NCBI RefSeq assembly: GCF_041886205.1
Contig: NZ_CP169029.1
DNA length: 64,000 nt
Reading direction: 5' to 3' (one strand)
DNA from: Escherichia coli
Lineage (GTDB): Bacteria > Pseudomonadota > Gammaproteobacteria > Enterobacterales > Enterobacteriaceae
The translations under genes and the position numbers were made by a program. The notes below the pieces were generated by a model, which searched no databases, had not been told where the DNA came from, and saw only the letters and a list, made by a program, of their open reading frames with translations. Each line of letters opens with the position of its first letter. Position 1 is the stretch's first letter. Below are positions 28,439 through 40,700 of this stretch, one piece after another.

Positions 28439-28792
28439 GCAATAGAAAGATTCCTTTATTTGTTTATGTCGATATATTACCCAATGGAAATAGTCACTTT
28501 TTTCTACCCTAACATACTGAGAATCTGAGGCAACCCCTGAGGGCAAATGTGGCATGAATATTGATGCGAGCAAATCGCCGGAATTTCCCGTGATATAAGG
28601 GCTGAGAGCAAATCGAGAAAAGTTGATATTTTTTGTCATAGATAGCGAAAAAACGCCTGAATATTGTAGTTTCAGGCGAATAATGCAACAGAGTATCAGT
28701 GTAGATCACTACAGAATATTTGCGTGATAAAAAGCTATTTGGCGGGAATTATTTCCCTGCTGCGGGTAGTGATATTTTTGAAAATAACACCC

Positions 28793-29761
<969 letters not shown>

Positions 29762-31906
29762 TTAAAGTGCACAGGAGACGCAGCCTTCAATTTCAGTGCC
29801 TTCCAGCGCCATCTGACGCAGGCGGATGTAATAGAGCGTTTTGATACCCTTGCGCCAGGCGTAAATCTGCGCTTTGTTGATATCGCGAGTGGTGGCGGTA
29901 TCGGGGAAAAACAGCGTCAGCGACAGCCCCTGATCGACATGGCGAGTCGCTTCCGCGTAGGTGTCGATGATCTTTTCTGCGCCAATTTCGTAAGCGTCCT
30001 GATACAGCGCCAGATTTTCGTTAGTCATAAACGGGGCAGGGTAGTAAACGCGTCCTGTTTTGCCCTCTTTGCGTATCTCTACTTTCGCCACAATCGGATG
30101 AATACTCGACGTAGCATGGTTGATATAAGAGATAGAACCGGTTGGCGGCACCGCCTGGAGATTCTGGTTGTATATGCCGTAGCGCATCACGTCGTCGCGC
30201 AGTTGCGCCCACATCTCACGGGTAGGTAACGTAATACCGCTGCGGGCAAACAGTTCGCCAACTTTCGCCGTTTTCGGCTGCCAGTTACCTTGCAGATATT
30301 GGCTGAAATATTCACCACTGGCATAGCGTGACTGTTTGAACCCGGCGAAGGTTTCACCGCGTTCGCGCGCCAGCAACATCGAGGTACTCAGTGCGTACCA
30401 GGTGATGGTATAGAAATAGAGATTGGTGAAATCCAGGGCTTCCGGCGAACCATAAGCGATGCCTTCCCTCGCCAGATAACCATGTAAATTCATCTGCCCC
30501 AGTCCGATGGCGTGCGAGGCGGCATTTCCGGCTTCGATGGACGGCACGCTGCGGATATGACTCATATCTGATACTGCCGTTAAACCGCGCACGGCAGTCT
30601 CTACCGTGCGGGCAAAATCGGGGGAATCCATGGTGTGCGCAATATTCAACGAACCTAAATTGCAGGAAATATCATGGCCTGTGCGGGCATAGTCGAGATT
30701 CTCGTCATACTCTGAGGCGCTGTTAACCTGCAAAATTTCTGAGCAGAGATTACTCATATTTATGCGCCCGGCGATAGGGTTAGCACGGTTTACTGTGTCT
30801 TCATACATGATGTAGGGATAGCCGGACTCAAACTGGATTTCTGCCAGTCGCTGGAAGAAATCACGGGCGTTGATGTATTTTTTGCGGATGCGTTCATCGG
30901 CAACCAGTTCGTCATAGTGTTGGCTGATGGCCACATCGGCAAACGGCTTGCCATAAACTCGCTCTACGTCATAAGGCGAAAACAGCGCCATCTGCGCATT
31001 CTCTTTTGCCAGATGGAAAGTGATATCCGGGATCACCACGCCAAGCGACAGTGTTTTAATGCGGATTTTTTCGTCGGCATTTTCCCGTTTCGTGTCGAGA
31101 AAACGCAGAATATCGGGATGATGAGCATGTAAATAGACTGCACCAGCCCCCTGACGAGCGCCGAGTTGGTTGGCATAGGAAAATGCGTCTTCCAGCATTT
31201 TCATCACCGGAATTACGCCAGAAGATTGATTTTCAATACGTTTAATTGGCGCGCCCGCTTCCCGCAGATTCGACAGCAAAAATGCCACGCCGCCGCCGCG
31301 TTTCGACAGTTGCAGTGCGGAATTTACCGCCCGGCCAATCGACTCCATATTGTCTTCAATACGCAGCAAAAAACAGGAAACCAGTTCGCCGCGCTGCTGC
31401 TTACCACAGTTGAGGAATGTCGGCGTGGCTGGCTGAAAGCGTCCTGACAGCATCTCATCAGTGAGCTGCGTCGCCAGTGTTTCATCGCCTTGTGCCAGCG
31501 TCAGCGCCACCATCGTGACTCGATCGGCAAAATCTTCCAGATAACGTTTACCGTCGAATGTCTTCAACGTATAGCTGGTGTAAAACTTCCATGCCCCGAG
31601 GAATGTCTGGAAACGAAAACCGCTGGTGTGTGCGTGGGCAAACAGCGTAATGACAAAATCGCGAGAGTAGCGATTAAGGACGCTTTCATCATAGTAACCT
31701 TCGTTAACCAGCCAGTTCAGGCGCTGCTGCTGGCTTCTGAAGGTCACACTGTTCGGACGCACATGTGTCGCCATAAAGGCGTCAACGGCCTGGCGATCTT
31801 TATCGAACTGAATGCGACCTGCGCTATCGTAAAGGTTAAGCATCGCATTCAGAGCGTGATAATCCATCGTTTCCTGCGTCAGGCGTTCTGCGGTTGTCGT
31901 TGCCAA
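29762..31906 (-). CDS. nrdE: Class Ib ribonucleotide reductase alpha subunit
   Basis: 714 aa; C-terminal ...IEGCVSCAL. Confidence 0.95.
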   Translation of the reverse strand: MATTTAERLTQETMDYHALNAMLNLYDSAGRIQFDKDRQAVDAFMATHVRPNSVTFRSQQQRLNWLVNEGYYDESVLNRYSRDFVITLFAHAHTSGFRFQTFLGAWKFYTSYTLKTFDGKRYLEDFADRVTMVALTLAQGDETLATQLTDEMLSGRFQPATPTFLNCGKQQRGELVSCFLLRIEDNMESIGRAVNSALQLSKRGGGVAFLLSNLREAGAPIKRIENQSSGVIPVMKMLEDAFSYANQLGARQGAGAVYLHAHHPDILRFLDTKRENADEKIRIKTLSLGVVIPDITFHLAKENAQMALFSPYDVERVYGKPFADVAISQHYDELVADERIRKKYINARDFFQRLAEIQFESGYPYIMYEDTVNRANPIAGRINMSNLCSEILQVNSASEYDENLDYARTGHDISCNLGSLNIAHTMDSPDFARTVETAVRGLTAVSDMSHIRSVPSIEAGNAASHAIGLGQMNLHGYLAREGIAYGSPEALDFTNLYFYTITWYALSTSMLLARERGETFAGFKQSRYASGEYFSQYLQGNWQPKTAKVGELFARSGITLPTREMWAQLRDDVMRYGIYNQNLQAVPPTGSISYINHATSSIHPIVAKVEIRKEGKTGRVYYPAPFMTNENLALYQDAYEIGAEKIIDTYAEATRHVDQGLSLTLFFPDTATTRDINKAQIYAWRKGIKTLYYIRLRQMALEGTEIEGCVSCAL

Positions 31907-32289
31907 AATTCGGTTACTCCTTTACGAACGTTTTCGATATCGCTTTGCGTACCCATGAGTTCAAAGCGGTACAGCCACGGCACGCCGCATTTCTGAGCAA
32001 TCACATCTCCGGCGCGGCCATACGCCTCACCAAAGTTGCGATTACCCGAAGCAATAACGCCATGCAGCAACGCCCGGTTATGCTCGTCGTTTAAAAAGCG
32101 AATTACCTGTCGTGGCACCGCGCCAGCCGTACCGCCGCCGCCGTAAGAGGGCACGATCAGGATGTAAGGCTCGTCTACCTGAATCCGTTCCCGCTCATTG
32201 AGCGGGATGCGCACCGCGGGCAGACCTAAACGTTCGATAAAACGCTGCGTATTTTCGGAGCTGCTGGAGAAGTAGACGAGCTGGCTCAT
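31879..32289 (-). CDS. nrdI: Flavodoxin-like protein NrdI
   Basis: 136 aa, overlaps nrdE start. Confidence 0.93.
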   Translation of the reverse strand: MSQLVYFSSSSENTQRFIERLGLPAVRIPLNERERIQVDEPYILIVPSYGGGGTAGAVPRQVIRFLNDEHNRALLHGVIASGNRNFGEAYGRAGDVIAQKCGVPWLYRFELMGTQSDIENVRKGVTEFWQRQPQNA

Positions 32290-32531
32290 GCACTGGCCGC
32301 GTGTGGCGCTGGATGCAGACGGTTAATCATGTCCGGACGGAAACCAGACCAGCTAAGATCGCCAGCAATCACTACCGGCAACTGACGAAAGCCCTGAGCA
32401 CGCAACGTTTCTGCCGCTTCAGGAACGCGATCGACATTAATCATTTCAAAATCAAAGCCCCGGTTTTCCATCGCCCGTTTGGTGGCGTGGCACTGAACGC
32501 AATCGTTACGAGTGTAAATAGTAATGCGCAT
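32286..32531 (-). CDS. nrdH: Glutaredoxin-like protein NrdH
   Basis: 81 aa with CVQC redox motif. Confidence 0.93.
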   Translation of the reverse strand: MRITIYTRNDCVQCHATKRAMENRGFDFEMINVDRVPEAAETLRAQGFRQLPVVIAGDLSWSGFRPDMINRLHPAPHAASA

Positions 32532-32633
32532 GATTCGTATTTCCGTTTAAAATGAAGATACGGCGCGATGATACGCGTCGGGTTGTCTCTCTGTTGATAC
32601 AGAGATACTAGATGTAGTTGAAAAAAGATTCAA

Positions 32634-32650
32634 CCACACAATATATAGCA
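32634..32650. promoter_or_regulatory. Putative NrdR box in the nrdHIEF promoter region
   Basis: cacacaatatatagcaa, resembling the NrdR-box pattern acaCwAtATaTwGtgt, about 100 nt upstream of nrdH. Confidence 0.35.
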
Positions 32651-32726
32651 AATAGTGGTCGAAATTACCCTGGATATGAGCGTGACGGGGTAGGGGGATT
32701 TTTGTGATTCACCAAGTAAGAAGAAA

Positions 32727-32747
32727 CCCCGAAGACAGGCTTCGGGG
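32727..32747 (-). terminator. Rho-independent terminator downstream of ygaM
   Basis: ccccgaag-acaggc-cttcgggg hairpin followed (on the minus strand) by a T-rich run. Confidence 0.6.
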
Positions 32748-32778
32748 TCAAAGACGCGTATTTATTATCATTTTTGCA

Positions 32779-33108
32779 CTACGATTTGCGCATGCTTAAC
32801 AGTGCGCCGATAAAAATACCTACCGCAGCTGCTGTACCCACGCTACACCAGGGTCTTTCACGAACAAAAGAATCCGCGCAGCCAACGGCATCGCGTGCGG
32901 CTTGCTGGACGCGAGTACGACCATGCATTCGCGCCCTGGTTTCTTTCAGCAATGCCTGAGCTTTACTGCGTGCGGCTTCAGCTTCCCCTTTGGCGTCGCT
33001 GCCCCAGGACTTCAATACAGATTCGAGGCTGTCAGCTAATTGATTGACATCATTCTGGATATCCTGCACGCCATCATCAACGTCGTTGCGGTTCGGTCGG
33101 TTAAACAT
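32779..33108 (-). CDS. ygaM: Ribosome-associated tail-anchored membrane protein YgaM (ElaB/YqjD family)
   Basis: 109 aa from MFNRPNRNDVDD, C-terminal TM anchor; ORF track start 33120 is a 4-codon extension. Confidence 0.88.
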   Translation of the reverse strand: MFNRPNRNDVDDGVQDIQNDVNQLADSLESVLKSWGSDAKGEAEAARSKAQALLKETRARMHGRTRVQQAARDAVGCADSFVRERPWCSVGTAAAVGIFIGALLSMRKS

Positions 33109-33259
33109 ATGATCCCCCATTAGAATTCGATGTAATTTTCAGTGTAGACCATAATTTTCTTAACTGAGGTTCATCGCGGCTTTATGGACTTTTCTGAAAG
33201 CGTTGTGAATGCGCAATCAGGTAAGGTAGGCCCGCGGTTGATAATAACGAGGATCAAAT

Positions 33260-33604
33260 ATGTATTTACGACCAGACGAGGTGGCGCGCGTACTTGAAAA
33301 AGTCGGTTTTACTGTCGATGTGGTAACCCAGAAAGCTTATGGTTACCGCCGTGGGGAGAATTATGTCTATGTTAATCGCGAAGCGCGAATGGGACGTACC
33401 GCACTGGTAATTCATCCAACATTAAAAGAACGTAGTTCGACACTGGCTGAACCCGCTTCCGATATTAAAACTTGCGATCATTATCAACAATTTCCGCTCT
33501 ATTTAGCGGGTGAACGTCATGAGCATTACGGTATCCCGCATGGCTTTAGTTCGCGTGTTGCGCTTGAACGTTATTTAAATGGTTTATTTGGCGAAGCCAG
33601 TTAA
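33260..33604 (+). CDS. ygaC: Uncharacterized protein YgaC
   Basis: 114 aa ORF; conserved position between ygaM and alaE. Confidence 0.85.
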
Positions 33605-33607
33605 AGA

Positions 33608-33630
33608 CGCGACTGGCGATGCCAGTCGCG
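33608..33630. terminator. Bidirectional terminator between convergent ygaC and alaE
   Basis: Perfect 10-bp inverted repeat cgcgactggc-gat-gccagtcgcg immediately after the ygaC stop. Confidence 0.65.
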
Positions 33631-33640
33631 AAAAGAAGAG

Positions 33641-34090
33641 TCAGGCTTTTACCTGCTGGTAACGGCTGACTTTAAACAGTCGGCGGCAATAATCGAGGAA
33701 GTAGCCATAAACCGCCCCCATCAACATCGAAACAACGATGTTTGAACTGACCGCCGCCATAATCTGATGCCAGTCTGCGCCCACCACTAACAAGATCGCC
33801 ACATACACCGGTGACTGGAACGTCACATAAGCCAGGATATCCGCCAGATTTTTTATCCAGCCCGACGGGCTAACTTTGCGTGCCGCGCGCATAAACAGAT
33901 CGCGGTACATACCGTATGGCCATGCAATTAAGATGTTCACCGGAATCGCTACCAATCTGGAATAAAAAGACTGTTCGAAGCTCATTCCGGAGAGGAAAAC
34001 TTCAATACACATGTTCACGACAGAACAGTAAACAACCATCGCGAACGTATCTGCAACTGCATGACGCAAGCGTGACTGCGGTGAGAACAT
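33641..34090 (-). CDS. alaE: L-alanine exporter AlaE (YgaW)
   Basis: 149 aa, 4 predicted TM segments. Confidence 0.9.
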   Translation of the reverse strand: MFSPQSRLRHAVADTFAMVVYCSVVNMCIEVFLSGMSFEQSFYSRLVAIPVNILIAWPYGMYRDLFMRAARKVSPSGWIKNLADILAYVTFQSPVYVAILLVVGADWHQIMAAVSSNIVVSMLMGAVYGYFLDYCRRLFKVSRYQQVKA

Positions 34091-34769
34091 GCTAATGCTC
34101 CTTAATAAAAGCGTAATGGGATGTTAATGGAGATGAAAGCAGTGGATCTCATTGCCATCTGCATTTTCGCATAGCGTATATCGCTGGCTATGACTAATCA
34201 ATTAGTGAAAAATTTTTATTTAATCAGTTTTTGTAGATAAAATATTCCGTAACGGCTCGTTTTTTGTACATTGTGGATTTTTACATGCCGATATGATTTA
34301 TTTTTAATTAAATCAATTAGATATGGGCTTGCCTCTAATTTCACTAATGCAAGTTTGGGGGTGAGGTAACGCTATAAGCGTAGAGAATTCGGTGTATGTA
34401 GTGGCCGGGTCATTTTCAGCATTTTTTATGCCAGACAATGTACATTAACAGCAGAAAGCACCGGTGATGGATGTTTTCTTTTATTCTGTTATATTGCATT
34501 TTTATTCACTTTGGTTTTGTCAGGCTTGCGGAATTAGCGAGCAGAGAGCGCCGTTCTGTTCACCAATAATCTAAATTACTCATCAAAATGGCTAATATAT
34601 AATCTTGAAATTATTCTGAGAGTTTCAGAAAATAACAGCTGAAATAATCTCGCGCAGGACTGGCATACTAATTTTGTGACATATAAGGTACGCCACATCG
34701 ACATCACCAATCAAATACATACTCTTTTTTGTTTTGGTGCTCCAGCTGTTCCAGCACCATGTCCAAATG

Positions 34770-37700
34770 AAGTTCAGAAGCACCTCCACTCTCCTCTTTT
34801 GCCTGGCCACTGTCCGCTCTCAACTCCTCCATCTCACGTTTGTACGCCGAAGAGTTCCAATGTCGTCATCAGAAGTAACTGGAAGAGCAAGAGAGACACA
34901 CACACACACAGCCAACTGCATAAAAATTACGACTGTGAATGTTATAGTTGTTAATTAGCCGCCTTAAAGTTGAGAGCTTGTTGCACACGCCGTAATAATG
35001 AGGTGTTACGGTTGGCCAAATATAAATGTCATCAGTGAGCGTGCCAGCCCCCAGTGTTGTCAGGCCCGGCACCTGGAGAGCAATTTGCTGAGCCTCTGAA
35101 AGGCAGATCTTTGTCACTTCCTATTCAATGACTCAGGCGCGCTGCATGTGGGTCTTGTTGCTCTCGAGCGGTTGTTTATGGCATCTTCATCCAGTTGGTA
35201 TTCACATAAGTTGTTATTGGAAACAGAGCCCTATAAGCAAGTCCCGTCGAAGAAGAAATCCTGCCATTTAATGGTATAACCGAGACAGCACACGTGCTCA
35301 TTAGATTAACTACTGGCACCATTCTGATCTTGCATTAACGGAAGGTTCAGATTTGAATCACCGGGATGATGGGATCCAGTGGTTTTTCAAGGAATTGAAG
35401 TCCCACTTTCAGTTAGCATTTGTGGCATGTTGGCTCAACGTCACGCCACCACGTGGTGTCACCTTGATGCTGGAGACGATGTAATCTTCAGGGAAGATGG
35501 TTTTTTATGCAGAATGAAGTGAAATCGCCTTCAAGTAATGACCGATGAGCAATCATCAAGTGCGACGAAGATCCATTAAATTCTCGCTTGTGGATCAGAA
35601 TTCTGGCATCATGTGAAGTTGTTGAAACCAATGGGTCTCAGGAAGAATACTTGAGGTGGCGAATACCATCATCTACCGGAGCGGCCAAGAATGTGTTGGC
35701 GATCCCGGTCTGGTCCATAGAACTCTTTCCGTTGCACAGGAGCAAGTTGAATGCGAAGGCACCTTATTTGTGCAATGGTGCACCAGCTTTCGTGCTTGTT
35801 GTATGGAGGAGACTACAAGAACCCAACTTGTTAGGCGATTGCTTCAGGAACAGGAGCCACGCTGTGCGCTTTACAGGGCGCTGAGATTGTGAGTTGAGCC
35901 ATCAAAGTCATTTTAAGCGTTAGTTAAAATCAAGAAAACGAAGGAGAGTTAACAGTACCAGTCAGGCACAGTGTAATGAAATAAGTTAGAAGCTGTCAAA
36001 GACCGGCCAGCCGGAATGAGATCAATGCCCAAGTATAGATATTTTTTCAACAAATTAGTTTAGTAGTTCATAAGGGAGTACATGTGTTTCTGAGAATTGT
36101 TATCACCGATTCGTCGTTAGCCGTAAGGGTTTGTCTGTCAATCATCAAAACATTGTTGACTGCTTGATCTCCTTGTTCATTTTAATGTGTTTTGCTGTGT
36201 AGTCTTATTAGTCTGTGCTCATTCCCGTGTGCACCAACGCGTCATTTTTGCCCACATTTTTCGAAGCGATTTGTTAGTCAGAAGCGATGGTTGTTTAATT
36301 TGTTGGAGACAGAGAGTGAGAGAGCTGTATGTGTGTCAAGGTCAGGGACCACAAGGTGCCATCAGGTGAAGAAGGTGGAGGAACATTGGACAAAACCGGT
36401 ATGTCAGGCATGTCGATGAGCAGAAGGCGTTATATTGAAATTGCTGATTGGCAAAAGCGTTACTGGTGACTGACTGCTGAACGATAAGGGGAGCCAGAAA
36501 CCGTTGCTGGCATTTTGCTGCATATCCAGGTCGATGTTCAGGTAATGCCACAATGCCGCTGCTGATGCCAGTTTAAATCCGTCAGTCCTGCATCTTGAAT
36601 GGGGATTTCCAGCAGCAGGCTTCATGGATAACGCCAGTTGCAGAAACAGATAATCTTCAGCGTAAAGGAATTATGACAAAGGCGCAGACGTTGGCGAGCG
36701 TTGGATTTGCTGAAGAGGTGATCAATGGCTATCGCCTGCTGGATGCGGGAATTGTGTCAGGAGCTGCTGGATTATCGACTGACTGCGCGGTGATCTCGTC
36801 AGCATAATCGCCAGTCAGGTTTGGTCGATCCGTTGAACATTTCCAGATGCCGCATAAAACCAGGTCGTCGAGGAGAATTGATGTAACGTTAATGACAGAT
36901 CCAGAATGCTGGATTTGCAGGGAGATGGAGTCATAGCCCGCCACCATTGCCGGATGAAGCCGATGATAGCATCCACTTTACCGCTATCTACTGCGTCAGC
37001 GCCCAGCCTTAAGCCATAATCCTTTGTTAGGTTGTCTCCCATCATCCCCTTAATTGTGCTAGCACACCAATTGTTTACAGGATACATTTGCTTCCATATT
37101 GTGGGTGTCAAAATATAACGAACATAAGTAGTCTTGCCTTCACAGCCACCCTTGTCCTCATCCTTTTAGCTCCACCACCCACTAGGCTGTTCTTAGAGAT
37201 GGAGTTGTTGTGAGAAGAGTTTTCTGTACTGTTAATGCCAAATGCATATAATGCCAGCAACTTATCCAGATTCTTTATCTGTTAAGATTATTGTGCTACA
37301 CATAATTCTTTTGAATGCTAGAGCCATTTTTGAGAAGGTTGAAACTGTTGATGGGTTACTTTCTTATCATTATTGGAGCAGTGGAAGACCATGAACTTGT
37401 TGCATACACAACCGGTTAGTCTTTTCAATGCAGGACAATCCACTGAGAAGATATAATCGTTGATCGCAAGGAGCCAGTGAAATAGACCTCGAATTGTTTG
37501 GCTGACGAATAGGATCCCATTCCATCATCACCAACAGGAGCCAGCAGCTGATGAGATGTTAGCAGAACCAATGGACAAGCCACTGCAATGAGTGAGTTCT
37601 CGTTCTTCTGCTCTGGAACAAACTGGAATTGCTAACTGGAGATGGAGGCCAATCAGGAGAAGGAAAAGTGCCAACAGTGGCCATATGCGGAAGCTGTTAT

Positions 37701-40700
37701 TAAAATTGAAACACCTCTTGAGTGCGGTGTGAAGTAGTCTACCACCACCAAATCTTAGAAGACCTGGTGGAGGAAGAGAAAGCATCTACCTAGTGTCCGA
37801 CGGCGGCGGATTAGTTGATCACCGGGAGGAAGCATCACCCCTACGTGAAGGGAAGAGGAACGCGACGTGAAGAGGGCCGAGTCGAGGCAAAGTCGACGAC
37901 GTAAGCACATCAAGGTCAATGAGTTATTCTACACTGGAATATGTCCGAGTATTTACTTAGTGAAGAACCAATGGCTTGATCTAGGTTGGTTACCCCCGAC
38001 TAACCAATGACTACACAGGAGAAAGAAATATATAAATAAATAATAATGACAAGACCTTAGCGGTGGCGTGGAGGTTTTTGTTGTTCATTGTGATGGACAG
38101 AGTTCTGCTCATAAGAAGTATGGACGTACACTGTGGTTTAGATCAGGATTTAGTCAGGTTTATTGATAACTGTTGAGCATCTAAATGCCTTTAGGTTGCC
38201 TTACTTCAGCAGTTGCTAGCGGTGATTGTCATCACACCAGAAGAACAGAGCCAGCAAAGCCCAGCCAATGCCAGGTCAGCAGAACTCGGTCGAGTCAGGA
38301 GAAACCATGAGCGAGCGAGGTACTAGTTAGCAATGATGGAATGCCTGGACCAGAATGAGGAGATCATAGTGGTGAGTGTGCTTTCAGTGACAAAACCAGA
38401 GCCAAAACCAACAGCAACTAGCTGATGGCAGAGCCAGCTGAATTGCCTTTGCCGAGTGAAAAAATGGATGGGTGAAACACCCATCCTCAGCATCAAAACC
38501 AGAACTGATGTGTTCTGTGACAGGTTGGAAGATTGGCGTGTAGCTGGTGATGCTGCTGAGGAAGACAAAGAGCTGCCACAGCAATGGCAGAGAGGATGGC
38601 TGCTGGCCACTTTCAGTGGCTTGCTAAACCAGGTGGTTGATCACCGGACCCGGAAGTGGTGCACCAGCGAGATGCCCCACATTTCGCGTCGGGTTAGTGG
38701 TTTAATTTGTTATTTTTTTGCGGAGTGGCTGCAGATTGTTAGGTTGATTCCTGTTGATGAGATTCCACTAGGTGGGTGCAAGCTCATCCAGTCTACCTCA
38801 TCTCGTAGCTGTAGAGTGAGGGATTGTTTTACACCAGTGTGGTGAGCACTTGCTTTGCCTCAGCAGAAACATGGTGATGGATTTCCAGAGACTGATGAAT
38901 TGATGTTGTCCAGGATGCTGAGTGGAGGATGTGAGAGCAGGTTGGAGAAGACGGTCAGAGGAAGAAAGAAATTACTTTATTGTGGTGCAGGCATGGCTAG
39001 CTGGCTTAGTCGTCTGCCATCCTCGATCCATGGACATTGTCCAGCGGCAACGTCATTGCTGTTGCATGCCAGAGGACTCGGTTCTTCAGCTTTGTCCAGA
39101 TTGTCGTCTTCCGCAGACACTTGCTGAGACCTCAACATTTCAGCTAGCCACCCAGAATCGGGTTACGCAGGTGCCCCCCCCCCCCCACATCTTGAGCCAT
39201 GAGAGATCCAGATCATTTTTGCTAGTTGTGATCTAGTGGAGGGGGCGGTTGGCCTCCATCGAAGGCGTGAGATCGGGTGCTAGGCCCCATTGAGTTGCTC
39301 GATGAAGTAGTTGTATGCCGGGCGCCTTGACGTCGCACGTACGGACAATGTCGCCTTGCCGTCACAGTGCCCAGAGCCTTGCGTGTTGTGTAGACGCGCC
39401 TCCGGCGAGCTGCTTGATGATGCATGGGACATCTTTGTGGTGTAGGGCGATCGAAGGGTTTGTGAGTGGCTGCACAACCTGCACCACCGATTGTTGCTGC
39501 AGTGGGTAAGGAGTAGTGGTGGAGAAACCTGGAGGTCAGTGATAGACGATTGAAGGCCAGGTGCACCGACCTTGTCAGGGCGATGGTGCAGGGAGGTGGC
39601 GCTGCTATGTGTGGAAGTGATGGTCGGCGTGTGTTGTGGTGGTGTGGTAATTCTTCAGTCTTACTGCTTCATAAAGTTGTTGTTACCAAGAGCTGTTGTT
39701 TGGTTAATCTGCAATCTTTGAATTTCATAGTTGCATCATAGTTTGTAAGCGATACTCGGCCTGAGCAGGTGTAGCCTTCAATTGTCTGCATGGCCAACCA
39801 CTTTGGATCAAGGTGCCGAATCAAGCACGGTCGCCCGAACGAGACGATGGCCTTGAATCGACGGCACCGGGAGTCTTGGTCAGCAAGTTTGGTTAACCGC
39901 TTCACCAACGAAGGAGACCCTCTCCAACCACGCCGCCACCCAGAGTTCATTGTCTTCTCCACGGCGATTTTTAGTTAATCTATGCATATTTATTTTAGTA
40001 GTTTTCACGAGACCGAACCTTCTCCATGTACCAGTGGAGCCTTTCCAACTAAGTTGCTCACCCATTGAAAAAGAACCCATCGTTGGTACCGATGCCACTT
40101 GTACTCGATGCTTTGCCTTATGCCAGCGGCATATTTATGGTGAGAAATAGTGGAAAACCAAGTTTGGCTGCTGGCACGACACGGCTTCAACGTCAAGCCG
40201 AACAAGTGGGGTGAGGCTGAATGTTTCTTCGACACTTGGCGTTGGCGAACGACGAACCTGCTGGCTGAATGTTTATTTGGCTCACTGCAAAAGCAGCTCT
40301 CTCCCAGGCCACCTGGAGCAGCAGGCCTTCACTCTTTGTCACCTCTCCCAAGCTGGATGGTGAGTGATTCAGCTCACCAACTCATGAGGAATTTTTGCAG
40401 CACAAAAGGTGTGACAGCTGCCGCGACCAATAAGCTGCTGCAGAGACGAAAACTTGTGCAGAAATTGAATTCAGATGAGCTTCCATGCTCTGTTGATTGC
40501 ATTAATCAAGTAACTAAGAAGATGTGTTGCCTCCAGTTTGAGCCGAGTAGTTTGATGGTTTTTACTATACTGTTCAGAACTGGTCAACTTGGTTGTAGCT
40601 GTAAAGATGAGTTGAGATGCTGCCTTTACCTTTGCACTCATGCTGGTGCGAGCTGTGACCAGGAGACGACGGAAGGCCGTGGAATTGCCAGCCTCACCAG

